Source: Myxococcota bacterium
GTDB taxonomy: Bacteria; Myxococcota; JACRCW01
NCBI GenBank assembly: GCA_040752415.1
Contig: JBFMGU010000012.1
Location: 1 to 64,000 of the forward strand
Reading direction: 5' to 3'
Length of the DNA stretch: 64,000 bases
Each line of letters begins with the position of its first letter. Position 1 is the first letter of the stretch. A program made the translations under genes and the position numbers. This document shows, piece after piece, positions 1-9,995 of this stretch. The notes beneath the pieces are model-generated. The model was not told where the DNA came from, did not search any database, and saw nothing but the letters and a program-made list of their open reading frames with translations.

Positions 1-1
1 G

Positions 2-496
2 CCCCCGGCTCCGTCGCCGTCGGAGAGCGCCGCGGTGGCGGCGGTGGCGGAGGCGGAGTCGCGACTGTGGGCCGAGCGGGCGGTGCGCGCGGTGGAAGCG
101 TTGCGCATGCACAGCAGTCGACTGGCGGAGGAGGCGCGCGCCGACGCCGTGGAGATCGGCTTCCAGGTGGCGCAGCGCATCCTCGAGAAGGAGGTGGCCA
201 CCGACCTCTCCGCGCTCAATGCCCTGGTGCGCAGCGCGCTGCGACGCGTGGGGGAGAGCCGCGAGATCCGCGTGCACGTCAGCACCGAGGATCACGCCCG
301 GCTGGAAGGCGCGCTGCAGCACATGGACCTGGGGGAGCTGCAGGTGGCGCAGGTGACGCTGCTGCCGGACGCCGGCCTCAAGCGTGGTGACGTCGTGGTG
401 GAGACGGACTTCGGGACCATTGATGGTCGGCTGCAGACGCGCCTGGACGAGATGCGCTCGGCGGTGACCACGGCGCTGGGAGGACGCGCGGCATGA
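2..496 (+). CDS. fliH: Flagellar assembly protein FliH (5'-partial)
   Basis: FliH/SctL-type C-terminus (LPDAGLKRGDVVVETDFGTIDGRL); frame is open to the window edge; overlaps the fliI start. Confidence 0.85.
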   Translation, partial: PPAPSPSESAAVAAVAEAESRLWAERAVRAVEALRMHSSRLAEEARADAVEIGFQVAQRILEKEVATDLSALNALVRSALRRVGESREIRVHVSTEDHARLEGALQHMDLGELQVAQVTLLPDAGLKRGDVVVETDFGTIDGRLQTRLDEMRSAVTTALGGRAA

Positions 497-1821
497 GCCT
501 GGTGGATCTCTCCGTCGTGCAGGCGGCGCTGCGTGCCGTGGAGCCCGTGGTCAGCATGGGACGGGTGACGCGCGTGCAGGGCCTGCTGGTGGAGGCCACG
601 TTGCCCGAGGTTGCCGTGGGAACCACCTGCGACATCCGCATTCCGCACGGAAAAGCGGTGCGCGCCGACGTGGTGGGGTTCCAGGGAAGCCATGCGCTGC
701 TCATGTCGCAGGACGGGGTGCAGGGCATCCACGCCGGTTGTCCCGTGGTGGCGCGTCCCGACGGAGACGTGATTCCCGTGGGCGAGGAGCTCCTGGGACG
801 CATTGTGAACTCCCGCATGGAGCCCATGGATGGGAAGCCGCTGCCCGTCCTCAAGGAGCGCGCCCTGCTGCAGGGTCGGATCCCTCCCGCCATGTTGCGT
901 CGTCGGGTGGCCAAGCCGCTGTGCCTGGGAATCCGCGTCATCGACACGCTGCTGACCTGCGGAGAAGGCCAGCGCGTGGGCATCATGGCGGGTCCCGGCG
1001 TGGGCAAGAGCGTGCTGCTGGGAATGCTGGCCCGCAACGCGGACGCCGACGTCATTGTGATGGGCCTGGTGGGTGAGCGTGGGCGCGAGGTGCGCGAGTT
1101 CGTGGAGCGGGACCTGCGTGGTGGATTGGCGCGCTCCGTGGTGGTGGTGGCCACCGGCGACGAGGCGCCGCTGTTGCGCATCCGCGCCGCGTTGTGTGCC
1201 ACGGCCATTGCGGAGCACTTCCGCGCCAAGGGTCTGCGGGTGTTGCTGCTCGTCGACTCCCTGACGCGCGTGGCCATGGCGCAGCGTGAAATCGGGCTGG
1301 CCGCCGGGGAGCCGCCCACGTCCAAGGGTTATCCGCCCTCGGTGTTCGCGCTGCTGCCGCGTCTCCTGGAGCGCGCCGGGAATGACGACGGGAAAGGCGC
1401 CATCACCGCGCTGTACACCGTGCTGGCGGAAGGCGACGACCTCTCCGACCCGGTGGCCGACGCGGCGCGCGCCGCGCTGGACGGTCACATCGTGCTGAGT
1501 CGGGCGCTGGCGGGCGCGGGACACTTCCCCGCCGTGGACGTGCAGCAGAGCGTCAGCCGCGTGATGAATGACATCGTCGACAAGGAGCACCGGGAGCTGG
1601 CGCGCCAGGCCCGCGAGGTGATGTCCGCGTACCGCGAGGCGGCACCGCTCATCGACGTGGGGGCGTACGCCAAGGGAACCAATCCGCGCGTGGACCGCGC
1701 CCTGGAATGCATTGACGCGCTCAACGCCTTCACGCGCCAGGACTCCGCGGAGCGCACCACGTTGCTGGCGGCGCTGACCGGGTTGCGGCAGGCGCTGCAA
1801 GGAAGAGGTCACCATGGTTGA
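493..1821 (+). CDS. fliI: Flagellar export ATPase FliI
   Basis: Walker A AGPGVGKS, GERGREV, DSLTR, GYPPSVF, LDGHIVLSR motifs. Confidence 0.95.
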   Translation: MSLVDLSVVQAALRAVEPVVSMGRVTRVQGLLVEATLPEVAVGTTCDIRIPHGKAVRADVVGFQGSHALLMSQDGVQGIHAGCPVVARPDGDVIPVGEELLGRIVNSRMEPMDGKPLPVLKERALLQGRIPPAMLRRRVAKPLCLGIRVIDTLLTCGEGQRVGIMAGPGVGKSVLLGMLARNADADVIVMGLVGERGREVREFVERDLRGGLARSVVVVATGDEAPLLRIRAALCATAIAEHFRAKGLRVLLLVDSLTRVAMAQREIGLAAGEPPTSKGYPPSVFALLPRLLERAGNDDGKGAITALYTVLAEGDDLSDPVADAARAALDGHIVLSRALAGAGHFPAVDVQQSVSRVMNDIVDKEHRELARQAREVMSAYREAAPLIDVGAYAKGTNPRVDRALECIDALNAFTRQDSAERTTLLAALTGLRQALQGRGHHG

Positions 1822-2470
1822 GCTCATCCTCGTGCTGTCCCTGGCCCTCCCCGCCACGGCGACGACGGACGCCGCGCCGCCCCACCCTCCCGCCAAGGAG
1901 GAGGGAGAGGGAGCTCGTCCGCGCGCCCGGCCGGGATTGGTGGGGCAGGCGTTGCGGGAGGATCTGGACCGCACCGCGCGCGCCCAACGTGCCGAGCGCC
2001 AGAAGTTGGAGCAGGAGCGGGAAGCCCTGGTCGAGGAGCGCAAGCGGCTGGAGAAGATGTCGGCGGAGATCGAGGCGGCGCGCCAGCAGTTGAGGGCGGA
2101 GACCGCGCGACTGGAAGAGCTGCTGAAGACCGCGTCCGCCAGGCCGCCACCCGCACCGACGACAACCGGCGCGGATGCAGGTTCCGCCACCCCGGAGCCC
2201 GCACCGCACGTCGCGGAGCCGGCCCAGGCTGCGTCGTCGACGAGCACGGCGGCGGGCGCGGCGAACGTGGCGCAGGCGCTCAAGAAGATGAAGCCCAAGC
2301 AGGCCGCCGCAATCCTCGAGCGCATGGACAAGGACACCGCGGTGGCCGTGCTCATGCAGATGCCCGCGCGTGAGTCCGCCGCGGTCCTGGGGGTCATGCA
2401 ACCCAATCGCGCCGCGGCCATGGCGTCGGAAGCCGCGCAGCGGCGGGCTTCCCCGGAGGACCAGCGATGA
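1814..2470 (+). CDS. MotE/FlbB-like periplasmic protein (signal peptide, coiled coil, MgtE-N-like C-terminus)
   Basis: Signal peptide; coiled coil; KKMKPKQAAAILERMD...M..RESAAVL..M.P..AA pattern; lies between fliI and fliK. Confidence 0.7.
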   Translation: MVELILVLSLALPATATTDAAPPHPPAKEEGEGARPRARPGLVGQALREDLDRTARAQRAERQKLEQEREALVEERKRLEKMSAEIEAARQQLRAETARLEELLKTASARPPPAPTTTGADAGSATPEPAPHVAEPAQAASSTSTAAGAANVAQALKKMKPKQAAAILERMDKDTAVAVLMQMPARESAAVLGVMQPNRAAAMASEAAQRRASPEDQR

Positions 2471-3426
2471 CGACGAATCTGCTTGCCAGGCTTGATGCCC
2501 CGCCCACCGAACGCGGCCGCGTGGTCCCCGGTCAGCAGAAGGGTGGCGCGCCCCGTCGGAATGCGCGGACCCGCGACGACGACTTCGAGCTGGCATTGGC
2601 GAACCTGCTTGGCCCCGGGGAGAAGCCGCGCGTCGACGCGCTACCCACGACGACAAAAGCCACCGCGCTCAAGAACGCTCGCCCCATTCGCGTGGAGGGT
2701 GGCGAGCGCGTGGTGGATGGAGGGAAGGCGCCCACGTTGGAAAGCACGTCGTCACTCGTCGGGATGGTGGCCGCCGCGCTGCCTGCGCAGGTTCCGCTGC
2801 CCCATCCCGTGGCCGCCGTCGCGCCATCCCGGCAGCTCACGCCGGAGTCGCTCCCGCGACCGGACGCGCCATCGCCGGTTGAGCCGACGAAGGACGTGGA
2901 GCCCAAGGAGGATGTCATCCTCACCAACGTGGGCAGCGACCCCGTGGTGCGCGTGTCCTACGAGGGCGAGCTCCCTGCGGTGAACACCGTGGTGGTTCCT
3001 CCCAGCGGGAACGCCGCTCAGGTGACGACGGAAGTAGGGCTGGCCGCGGTGGTGGCGCCCGAGCCGGTGCCCGTGGCGCGCGAGCCCGACGCATGGGTCA
3101 ATCTCATGGCGCACGGCGCCACCATGCGCGTGGAGACGCCGCAGGACGGAACCGTGGCCATCCGGATGCATGTGCGCGCGGGTGTGGCCAATGTGCACTT
3201 CGCTGGTGGCATGGCCGAGACATTGGGGGCGCACGCATCCGACCTGCGCGTGGCGCTCACCGACGTGGGGCTGGGGCTGGGCGGCTTTGGCACCTCCGAC
3301 GGTCAACGCCAATCGCACCAGCGCGACCGGGATGAACCGGAGTTGGCACGTGGGTCGCAAACCATCTCCGAGGTGCGTCGGACCGCGTCACGTGGCCGTC
3401 GCACGGGTGTGCACGTGAAGGCGTGA
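2467..3426 (+). CDS. fliK: Flagellar hook-length control protein FliK
   Basis: Pro/Ala-rich low-complexity N-terminus; C-terminal T3S4-like domain (P..GTVAIRM...L..AL...GL); directly upstream of flgD. Confidence 0.7.
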   Translation: MTTNLLARLDAPPTERGRVVPGQQKGGAPRRNARTRDDDFELALANLLGPGEKPRVDALPTTTKATALKNARPIRVEGGERVVDGGKAPTLESTSSLVGMVAAALPAQVPLPHPVAAVAPSRQLTPESLPRPDAPSPVEPTKDVEPKEDVILTNVGSDPVVRVSYEGELPAVNTVVVPPSGNAAQVTTEVGLAAVVAPEPVPVAREPDAWVNLMAHGATMRVETPQDGTVAIRMHVRAGVANVHFAGGMAETLGAHASDLRVALTDVGLGLGGFGTSDGQRQSHQRDRDEPELARGSQTISEVRRTASRGRRTGVHVKA

Positions 3427-3434
3427 GGTGGACC

Positions 3435-4097
3435 GTGAACATTGGTGCCGTGCAATCCGCAGACAACGCCGCCACGCCCAGCGCCACCGGCAGCAACCGG
3501 CTGGGGAAGGATGAGTTCCTCAAGCTGCTGATGGCCCAGCTGGGCAGCCAGGATCCCACCAGTCCCGTCGACAACCAGGCCTTCGTGGCGCAGCTGGCGC
3601 AGTTCGCCAACGTGGAGCTGCTGCAAGCCGCCAATGGTCGACTGGATGCGCTGCTGGTGGCGCAGGCGGCGGGAAACCAGGTGGCCGCGTCTTCGCTGCT
3701 GGGCAAGGACGTGACGCTCCGTGCCGATTCGCTGACGCACGTGGAGGGAGCGCAACACCCGCTGCAGGTCTCCGTGCCCTCCGCCGCCGAGCAGGTGACG
3801 GTGTCCATCAAGAATGAGCAGGGCGAGGTGGTGCGCACCATCCAGCTTGGTGGCGTCGCCGCGGGGCAGCGCGCGGTGTCGTGGGATGGCCTGGATGACG
3901 AGGGGCACCCCGTGCCGCCCGGAACCTACAAGATGAGCGCCACCGGTTCGGATGTCACCGGCAAGAGTGTGGCGGTGGACGTGTTCCTGCAGGCGCACGT
4001 CGACGGAATCTCGTACGCCAACGGCTACCCCGAGCTGATGGTGGACGGTCGGCGGTTCAAGCTCTCGGACGTGGTGGAAATCAAGGACGCGGCCTGA
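3435..4097 (+). CDS. flgD: Flagellar hook assembly protein FlgD
   Basis: [40 protein letters not shown]; start uncertain (3423 or 3435). Confidence 0.93.
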   Translation: MNIGAVQSADNAATPSATGSNRLGKDEFLKLLMAQLGSQDPTSPVDNQAFVAQLAQFANVELLQAANGRLDALLVAQAAGNQVAASSLLGKDVTLRADSLTHVEGAQHPLQVSVPSAAEQVTVSIKNEQGEVVRTIQLGGVAAGQRAVSWDGLDDEGHPVPPGTYKMSATGSDVTGKSVAVDVFLQAHVDGISYANGYPELMVDGRRFKLSDVVEIKDAA

Positions 4098-4125
4098 GCG
4101 GCCGGTTTTCCAGGAGGTAACGAAC

Positions 4126-5409
4126 ATGTCGCTGCTGTCGTCGCTGTTCTCAGGCTGGTCCGGGCTCCGCATCAACAGCCTCGAGCTCTCGGTGGTGGGA
4201 GACAACATTGCCAACGCGAACACCATTGGCTTCAAGGGAAGTCGCGCGGAGTTCGAGGAGGCGCTGGCGCAGACCGTGATCGGGTCGGGGCAGGTGGGCA
4301 TGGGCGCCGGTCTGCAGACGGTGCACCGCATCCTCTCGCAGGGAGCGCTGATGTCGACGGGGCAGCCCACCGACCTGGCGCTGCAGGGACCCGGCTTCTT
4401 CATGGTCAAGGGCGCGCACAACGGCGTTGACGGGACGTTTTACACGCGCGCCGGTCAGTTCACGCTGGACCAGGACGGCTACCTGGTGAACCACGACGGT
4501 CTGCGCGTGCAGGGCTACTCCGCCGACGGTGCGGGCAACGTGGCCTCGTCGCTGGGTGACCTCCACCTGGGCGACGCGCCTTCTCCCCCGCGCGCCACGT
4601 CGGAGATCACCTTGAAGGCCAACCTGCAGGCCGACGCCGCGCCGCCCACGCTTCCCTTTGATCCCAACGACCCGGAAGCCACCTCCAACTTCAACACCAG
4701 TGTCACGGTGTACGACTCGCTGGGGAAAGCGCACGACGTGCAGGTGTACTTCCGCAAGAACACCGACGGACAGTGGGAGTGGCACGCGCTCACCGACGGG
4801 GGCGGGTTGCAGGGTGGCGCCGCGGGAGTTGCCACCGAAATTGCCAGCGGAGCGTTGTCCTTCGACGGGGAAGGGCGCCTGGTCGACGCCACGCAGACGA
4901 GCAACTTCAATCCCGCGGGCGCCACGGGTCCGCAGCCGCTGAGCTTCAACTTCGGCGACCCGCTCAACGCCGGGGGCACGGGCCTGGAGGGCATCACGCA
5001 GTTCGCAGCCACCTCCGAGGTGCGCTTCATGGACCAGGACGGTTACACGTCGGGAACGTTGGCCATGGTGCAGATCAATGAGCAGGGCATGATCATGGGC
5101 ACCTTCTCCAACGGAGAGACGCGCGCGCTGGGCCAGGTGGCGGTGGCGGACTTCTCGGCGCCCGAGCAGCTCAGTCGCGCGGGTGGGAACCTGTACACGG
5201 TCACCGGCGGTTCGGGTGCGCCCACGGTGGGTGCACCGGGCTCCGGCGGACGGGGCAGCGTGGCGGCGGGTGCGCTGGAGCAGAGCAATGTGGACCTGGC
5301 CGCGGAGTTCATCCGCATGATCTCCGCGCAGCGCGGGTTCCAGGCCAACTCCAAGACCATCTCCACCGCCGACCAGCTTCTCGGCGAGCTGATGCAGCTC
5401 AAGCGGTGA
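4126..5409 (+). CDS. flgE: Flagellar hook protein FlgE
   Basis: GDNIANANTIGFK, YTRAGQF, LEQSNVDLA.E, QRGFQANSK; RBS AGGAGG. Confidence 0.95.
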   Translation: MSLLSSLFSGWSGLRINSLELSVVGDNIANANTIGFKGSRAEFEEALAQTVIGSGQVGMGAGLQTVHRILSQGALMSTGQPTDLALQGPGFFMVKGAHNGVDGTFYTRAGQFTLDQDGYLVNHDGLRVQGYSADGAGNVASSLGDLHLGDAPSPPRATSEITLKANLQADAAPPTLPFDPNDPEATSNFNTSVTVYDSLGKAHDVQVYFRKNTDGQWEWHALTDGGGLQGGAAGVATEIASGALSFDGEGRLVDATQTSNFNPAGATGPQPLSFNFGDPLNAGGTGLEGITQFAATSEVRFMDQDGYTSGTLAMVQINEQGMIMGTFSNGETRALGQVAVADFSAPEQLSRAGGNLYTVTGGSGAPTVGAPGSGGRGSVAAGALEQSNVDLAAEFIRMISAQRGFQANSKTISTADQLLGELMQLKR

Positions 5410-5463
5410 TTGCCTCAGGCGTGATTGAGGCGTGATTGCCTCAAGCGTGATTGCCCTCAAGCG
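5406..5463. repeat. Short imperfect tandem repeat: four copies of GTGATTG(CCTCA(A/G)GC) overlapping the flgE stop
   Basis: GTGATTG at 5406, 5421, 5432 and 5447. Confidence 0.7.
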
Positions 5464-5470
5464 CACTGAG

Positions 5471-5840
5471 CCTGCCAATGAGATTGGGCGCGGCTCTTTT
5501 GGGATGACGCCCTGGGCTCCCTGCCAATGAGATTGGCAGGCAACAAAACGACAAGTCCTGCTCACCACGAGACCGTGGGACCCGTTTCGCAGGACTGACG
5601 GTGAGTGGATCGGTGCACGGTCGTCTCTCGCCGCCCGCACGCCTCTTCCAGGGTCGTCCTGCGAATCGACACCGCCGCGAGAGGTGAGCAGGACTTGTCG
5701 TCTTGTTGCCTGCCAATCTCATTGGCAGGGAGTCCAGGGCGTCGTCCCAAAAGAGCCGCGCCCAATGAGATTGGCAGGCAACAGGAAGCGCCAAAGTCCT
5801 GCTCACCGCCATGCCGGGAGACGGGTCTCGCAGGACTGAC
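5471..5840. repeat. REP/BIME-like palindromic cluster with ~96-bp inverted arms (5471-5566 / 5683-5778)
   Basis: Core palindrome CCTGCCAAT(GAG/CTC)ATTGGCAGG and AGTCCTGCTCACC/GGTGAGCAGGACT units repeated in both orientations. Confidence 0.85.
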
Positions 5841-5887
5841 CCGGTGGCGCCTTGCGATGCGCGTTGGAACAGCGAGACGATGCCGGC

Positions 5888-6292
5888 ATGAAATCACGGA
5901 CATCCCTGGTGGCCCACGTTGTCTGGGCGACGAAGCACCGGCGTCCATTCCTCAGGCAAGAGGGTGATGGGTGGCTTCTGGGCCAATGCCGGCGTGCAGC
6001 GTTGGATACGCGCTCCAAGCTCCTGGCATTCGGTGCAGCGAGCGATCACGTGCACGTTGTGGTGGAGTTCGCCGCCGCGGTTCCGCTTGCCGAGGTGATC
6101 AAGACGAGGAAGGGGCGCACGAGCCGTCTTGGGAAGCAACTGGGAGAGACACTGGCGTGGCAAGAGGGCTATTGGGCTGAAACGTGGCGGCCAGGCGAGT
6201 TGGAGCCTCTCCTGCGCTACGTGGAGTCCCAGCGGACCCACCATGAGCGTTCCACCGCCTTGGAGCGGTGGCAGAGTGACCCAGGCGATTGA
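5888..6292 (+). mobile_element. tnpA: IS200/IS605-family HUH (Y1) transposase TnpA, flanked by REP-like repeats
   Basis: HVVWATKHR, HUH motif DHVH, WQEGY, catalytic YxxxQ (YVESQ). Confidence 0.85.
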
Positions 6293-6310
6293 CGTCGGCG
6301 GTCCCAACCG

Positions 6311-6389
6311 GACAGTCCTGCGAAACGCGCTTCCCTGCCCAGCGGTGAGCAGGACTTACACCCTGTTGCCTGCCAATCTCATTGGCAGG
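6311..6389. repeat. Inverted copy of the REP-like unit on the right of tnpA
   Basis: CAGTCCTGCGA...GGTGAGCAGGACTT...GTTGCCTGCCAATCTCATTGGCAGG mirrors 5761-5840. Confidence 0.85.
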
Positions 6390-6453
6390 AAAGACGGAAG
6401 AAAGACCCGGAAAAGAAAAGGAAGAAGAACCGGAAGAACAGCTTCCCGGAGCC

Positions 6454-6481
6454 TTAATGCGCTCTCCATCCGGGCCGATGA
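6454..6481 (+). promoter_or_regulatory. Sigma28 (FliA) promoter of flbD-motAB
   Basis: TTAAT-N15-GCCGATGA vs consensus TAAA-N15-GCCGATAA. Confidence 0.75.
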
Positions 6482-6500
6482 ACGGGTGAGGGCTACGCGC

Positions 6501-6719
6501 ATGATCCCCCTGACACGGCTCGACCGCTCCGAGGTCCTGGTCAATCCCGACCTCATCCTCACCGTGGAGAAGACCCCCGACACCCTCATCACCTTCAACA
6601 CCGGTGCCCACCTCATGGTCCGCGAGTCCATGGAGGACATCGTGGAGCGGGTGGTGCACTTCCGACGTCGCATCAACAACGCCATTCCCTTCCAGGCCAC
6701 CGCGCGTGAAGGAGATTGA
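6501..6719 (+). CDS. flbD: Flagellar protein FlbD (SwrD-like)
   Basis: MIPLTRLD...VNPDLI..VE.TPDTLIT...G....VRES. Confidence 0.9.
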   Translation: MIPLTRLDRSEVLVNPDLILTVEKTPDTLITFNTGAHLMVRESMEDIVERVVHFRRRINNAIPFQATAREGD

Positions 6720-6721
6720 CC

Positions 6722-7495
6722 ATGGACCTCGCCACCGTCGGGGGAATCGTCTTTGCCATTGCGTGCATCCTGGGCGGCCAGGCGCTGGAGGGCGGACACG
6801 CCGGCTCCCTGGTCCAGGCCACCGCGTTCATCATCGTGATTGGTGGCACCATTGGCGCGTGCCTGGTGGCCTTTCCCGGTCCCGTGTTCATGCACGGCGT
6901 GAAGCTGGGCAAGGCCGCCCTCACCACCACGAAGAACGACACCGGCGAGATCATCACCAAGCTGGTGGAGCTGGCGGGCGTGGCCCGTCGTGACGGCGTG
7001 CTGGCGCTGGAGCAGAAGCTGGGGGAGATCCCCGACCCGTTCATGAAGCGCGCGCTCGGCTTCGTCGTCGACGGCGTGGATGCACGGGTCACGCGTGACG
7101 CGCTGGAGGCGCAGATTGGCACGCAGTTCGAGGAGGACGTGCAGGCCGCCAAGGTGTTCGAGTCGGCGGGTGGCTACGCGCCCACGGTGGGGATTCTCGG
7201 CGCGGTGCTGGGGCTCATCCACGTCATGGAGAACCTCTCCGATCCCTCCAAGCTGGGCGGCGGTATTGCCACGGCGTTCGTGGCCACGGTGTACGGCGTG
7301 GGCGCGGCCAACCTGCTGTTCCTGCCGCTGGCCAACAAGCTGAAGGTGCGCATTGGTCAGGCGCGGGAGCGGCAGACGCTCATTGCCGAGGGCGTGCTGG
7401 CCATCCAGGAAGGCCTCAATCCGCGTGTGCTCGAGGAGAAGCTGCGTGCCTACGCCGGCAGCCACGCGCCACCGCCCGCCGCGACGGGCAAGTGA
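6722..7495 (+). CDS. motA: Flagellar stator MotA
   Basis: MDLATVGG, IVIGGT, ARRDGVLALE, GYAPTVGILGAVLGL, AFVATVYG. Confidence 0.95.
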   Translation: MDLATVGGIVFAIACILGGQALEGGHAGSLVQATAFIIVIGGTIGACLVAFPGPVFMHGVKLGKAALTTTKNDTGEIITKLVELAGVARRDGVLALEQKLGEIPDPFMKRALGFVVDGVDARVTRDALEAQIGTQFEEDVQAAKVFESAGGYAPTVGILGAVLGLIHVMENLSDPSKLGGGIATAFVATVYGVGAANLLFLPLANKLKVRIGQARERQTLIAEGVLAIQEGLNPRVLEEKLRAYAGSHAPPPAATGK

Positions 7496-7510
7496 CGGGC
7501 GGGAGCAGCC

Positions 7511-8281
7511 ATGGCCAGGAAGAAGCACCACGAAGAGCATGAGAACCACGAGCGCTGGCTGGTGTCCTACGCGGACTTCATCACGCTCCTGTTCGCGTTC
7601 TTCGTCGTCATGTACGCGGTCAGCAGCGTGGACCAGAAGCGCGTGGTGGCCGCGGAGAAGAGCGTGCGCTGGGCCATGCACTTCAAGGGCAACGGCGGCG
7701 CGGGCCAGATTCCGCTCTTCCCCGGCTCCGCGGGCGGCGCGGGCGTGACCGAGGGCGGGAGCACGCCGGCCACGCACGGACAGGGACGCAAGACGCGCCA
7801 GGTGGAAACGGTGCGACGTCGCCTGGAGACCGCCCTGCGCCAACATCTCGACGACGCTCCCAAGCCGCACCGCGTGGTGCTCGAGGTGGACGGCCGCAAG
7901 CTCATCATCCGCCTCAGCACCTCCCACTTCTTTGACCCCGCCGGCGCCGCGTTGCGCCCCGAGGTGTTCCCGGTCCTGGATGCGTTGGCCGAGGAGCTGG
8001 GACCGTTGCAGCGCCCCATCCGCGTCGACGGCCACACCGACGACCGGCCCCTCACCAACACCCGCTTCCGCAGCAACTGGGAGCTCTCGGCGTGTCGCGC
8101 CGCGGCGGTGGTGCAGTACCTGGAGCAGGTGCACAACATCCCACCCGCGCTCCTCTCGCTGGGTGGACATGGCGCGGCGCGTCCCGTCGTCAGCAATGAG
8201 TCCGCCGAGGGACGCGAGCGCAACCGTCGCATCGACATCGTGGTGGAGATGGACCCCGGGGGACCCCTGGCGGAATTGTGA
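7511..8281 (+). CDS. motB: Flagellar stator MotB
   Basis: WLVSYADFITLLFAFFV; OmpA-like GHTD, NWELS, NRRIDIV. Confidence 0.95.
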   Translation: MARKKHHEEHENHERWLVSYADFITLLFAFFVVMYAVSSVDQKRVVAAEKSVRWAMHFKGNGGAGQIPLFPGSAGGAGVTEGGSTPATHGQGRKTRQVETVRRRLETALRQHLDDAPKPHRVVLEVDGRKLIIRLSTSHFFDPAGAALRPEVFPVLDALAEELGPLQRPIRVDGHTDDRPLTNTRFRSNWELSACRAAAVVQYLEQVHNIPPALLSLGGHGAARPVVSNESAEGRERNRRIDIVVEMDPGGPLAEL

Positions 8282-8302
8282 CGCTGCCCTGACGCGGGTG
8301 GT

Positions 8303-8316
8303 GTCACGTTCCTGAC
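8303..8316. promoter_or_regulatory. Putative FleQ/FlrA-type activator box
   Basis: GTCA-CGTTCC-TGAC (GTCA-N6-TGAC); near-identical copy at 16119. Confidence 0.55.
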
Positions 8317-8366
8317 CCGCCCGGTGGGTGCACGTTCCCCCCGTCGTGACGACGCCACCCGAGGGC

Positions 8367-8382
8367 CGGCACGCGCGTTGCT
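8367..8382 (+). promoter_or_regulatory. Sigma54 promoter of the fliL operon
   Basis: CGGCACGCGCGTTGCT (GG-N10-GC). Confidence 0.75.
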
Positions 8383-8394
8383 CTGGCCGGGCGC

Positions 8395-8913
8395 ATGAAC
8401 GCCACCACCGCTCCCGCCGCCAAGGAAACCACGCCGCCCGCCAGCTCCAACGGTTCGGTCCGACTGCTGGCGCTGGGCCTCGTCCTCAACACGCTGCTCC
8501 TCGTGGGACTGATGGCCCTGCAGTTCCTGCGACCACCGCCCGCCGCGCCCGCGGCCGCCGCCCCGACGGAGGAGCACGCTCCCGCCGAGCACGCCGCCGC
8601 GCCCGCCAAGCGCGGACCCAACCTGAGCCTGGGCGAGTACGTGGTGCGCCTGCGCAATCCCGAGGCGGAGCGGTATGCGCGCTTCAGCTTCGAGGTGCAG
8701 CTGGGCAGTGAGCTCGACGTGGAGCCGGTCCGCGTGCTGATTCCCCAGATCCGCGACAGCTTCATCCTGTACCTCTCGAGCCGCTCGCTGGAGCAGGTGC
8801 AGGGCATGACGCAGCTGGAGGCCACCAAGGCGGAGCTGCTCAAGCGCCTGGACGAGATCGTGCCGCCCCGCAGCGTGCGTGCGCTCTACATGACCGACTT
8901 CGTGGTGCAGTGA
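8395..8913 (+). CDS. fliL: Flagellar basal-body protein FliL
   Basis: Single TM helix; YVVRL, PQIRDSFI..L, LYMTDFVVQ terminus. Confidence 0.9.
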   Translation: MNATTAPAAKETTPPASSNGSVRLLALGLVLNTLLLVGLMALQFLRPPPAAPAAAAPTEEHAPAEHAAAPAKRGPNLSLGEYVVRLRNPEAERYARFSFEVQLGSELDVEPVRVLIPQIRDSFILYLSSRSLEQVQGMTQLEATKAELLKRLDEIVPPRSVRALYMTDFVVQ

Positions 8914-8923
8914 CGGAGCGCCC

Positions 8924-9982
8924 ATGTCGCCCACGCTCAATCCCAACGAGATCGACGCGTTGATGCAGGCCATCCGCTCCGGGCCGCAGCCCGAGCCGGA
9001 GACCGCGGAGCGCGGCAAGGTGGTGTCGTACGACCTCACCAGCCAGGACCGCATCATCCGCGGCCAGATGCCCACGCTGGATGCCATCAATGACGTCGTG
9101 GCTTCGCGCCTGGCGGTGGGCCTGCAGGGCCGTCTGCGCACGCAGGTCCGCGCCTCCGCGCAGCCCGCCTCACTGCTCAAGTTTGCCGACTTCAACGCGC
9201 TGCTCGCGCCGCCGGCCACCGTCGCGGTGCTGACGCTGGGCTCGGGGCACGGCATGGCGTTGGCGGTGCTGGACGCGAACCTGACACGTGCGCTGCTGGT
9301 GGGCGCGCTGGGCGACAAGCGGCTGCGTCCCGACGGCGCCACCCCGCCGGTGCGTCGTGAGCTGACCGCGGTGGAGAAGCAGGTGCTGCGGCGGTTGCTT
9401 ACCCTGCTCACCGACGCCATGGAGGCGGCGTGGGGACCCATCCTGGCGCTCAAGCCCGACGTGGTGCGCTTTGAGTCCGACCCCCGTCTCGCCGTGATTG
9501 CCGCGCCCAACGACGTGGCCATCCTCTCCACCCTGGAGCTGGACATCGGCGGAGCGCTCAATGGCACGCTGCAGCTGGGGCTGCCCTACGCCAGCGTCGA
9601 GGCGGTGAAGAAGCAGCTCAGCTCTCCGCCGCGCTCCGGCGCCGGGAGCAACCAGCGCTTCGTGCAGGCGCTGGCCACGGAGCTGCAGGCGGTGGAGGTG
9701 CTGCTGGTGGCGGAGCTGGGGCGCGCGCGCCTGAACGTCTCCCGCATGATGGAGCTGCGCGTTGGCGACGTGCTCACGCTGGATACCTACGAGGGTGGCA
9801 AGCTGGGCCTGCGGGTGCAGGGACGACAGAAGTTCCTGGGCGAGCCCACGGTGCAGCATGGCCGCATGGCATTTGCCATCCAGCAAGACGCGCCCACGGA
9901 CCTGCCGCGCGACGACGCTGGCACGCCGGTGGCAAACAACGTGATCACCGAGCAGACCGCACCCCGCGCGACAGCCGCATGA
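8924..9982 (+). CDS. fliM: Motor switch protein FliM
   Basis: LNPNEIDALM, YDLTSQDRIIRGQMPTL, RELTAVE, C-terminal SpoA domain. Confidence 0.92.
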   Translation: MSPTLNPNEIDALMQAIRSGPQPEPETAERGKVVSYDLTSQDRIIRGQMPTLDAINDVVASRLAVGLQGRLRTQVRASAQPASLLKFADFNALLAPPATVAVLTLGSGHGMALAVLDANLTRALLVGALGDKRLRPDGATPPVRRELTAVEKQVLRRLLTLLTDAMEAAWGPILALKPDVVRFESDPRLAVIAAPNDVAILSTLELDIGGALNGTLQLGLPYASVEAVKKQLSSPPRSGAGSNQRFVQALATELQAVEVLLVAELGRARLNVSRMMELRVGDVLTLDTYEGGKLGLRVQGRQKFLGEPTVQHGRMAFAIQQDAPTDLPRDDAGTPVANNVITEQTAPRATAA

Positions 9983-9995
9983 CACGAGGCCAACC

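Noticed and set aside
5471..5840. Palindromic repeats as a CRISPR array
   Set aside because: Units alternate in orientation with irregular spacing, which fits REP/BIME organisation
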